Source of the DNA: Callorhinchus milii | Lineage: Eukaryota | Assembly (NCBI RefSeq): GCF_018977255.1 | Contig: NW_024704742.1 | Span: forward strand, 44,208,001-44,272,000 | DNA length: 64,000 nt | Reading direction: 5' to 3' | Shown here: positions 63,891 through 64,000 of the stretch, piece by piece | Layout of the letters: each line of letters begins with the position of its first letter | How positions within the stretch are numbered: position 1 is the first letter of the stretch | Translations under genes and position numbers: made by a program | Notes under the pieces: model-generated | Told to the model about the DNA's origin: nothing | The model's input: the letters and a program-made list of their open reading frames with translations, nothing else | Database searches by the model: none

Positions 63891-64000
63891 TGTCAGCCTG
63901 GCTCAGTGGTGCAGTCTCACACTTGGGATAGAAAGTTGTGGGTTCAGGCTCTGTGTTGGGACTGTGATCTCATAATCCAGGTTGATACTCCAGTGCAGTG
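63891..64000 (+). mobile_element. Deu-type SINE head, cut by the window edge
   Basis: GTCAGCCTGGCTCAGTGG...GTTGTGGGTTCAGG...CATAATCCAGGTTGATACTCCAGTGCAG. Confidence 0.65.

Noticed and set aside
34611..64000. STIM exon 3 (F[IL]RED...KH..H.ED)
   Set aside because: Not found by eye or in the ORF track. It is probably beyond the window, though a short exon could have been missed.

Overview
Vertebrate genomic DNA. The repeat landscape (tRNA/Deu-domain SINEs, L2, CR1, Penelope) suggests a cartilaginous fish, possibly a holocephalan; this is inference. The only host gene supported is the 5' part of a STIM-family ER Ca2+ sensor on the + strand, most like STIM2. It has a signal-peptide exon (CDS 3298-3424) and the 131-nt canonical EF-hand exon (34480-34610), which join in frame across a ~31 kb intron. 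No exon 3 was recognised, so the rest of the window is probably intron. Upstream, a ~95-nt unique GC-rich island (1534-1627) sits between a (CA)-rich and a (GT)-rich minisatellite. A perfect GTAAGT donor (1628) and a branch/polypyrimidine/CAG acceptor (3270) predict a 5'UTR intron made almost entirely of UG-repeat minisatellite. The introns hold young tRNA-Ala-derived SINEs, older Deu-domain SINEs, L2 3' ends, CR1, Penelope, R4/Dong-like and RTE-like remnants, a Tc1/mariner MITE, an unnamed ~0.5 kb repeat, local duplications and several hairpins. I see no convincing wholly new biological system. The best leads are the STIM1/STIM2-mosaic EF-hand, the minisatellite 5'UTR intron, SINE-L2 tail co-evolution, a shared L2 truncation signature, two local duplications and candidate hairpins. 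Repeat family names come from recall of consensus sequences, not from a search, and boundaries of old repeats are approximate.
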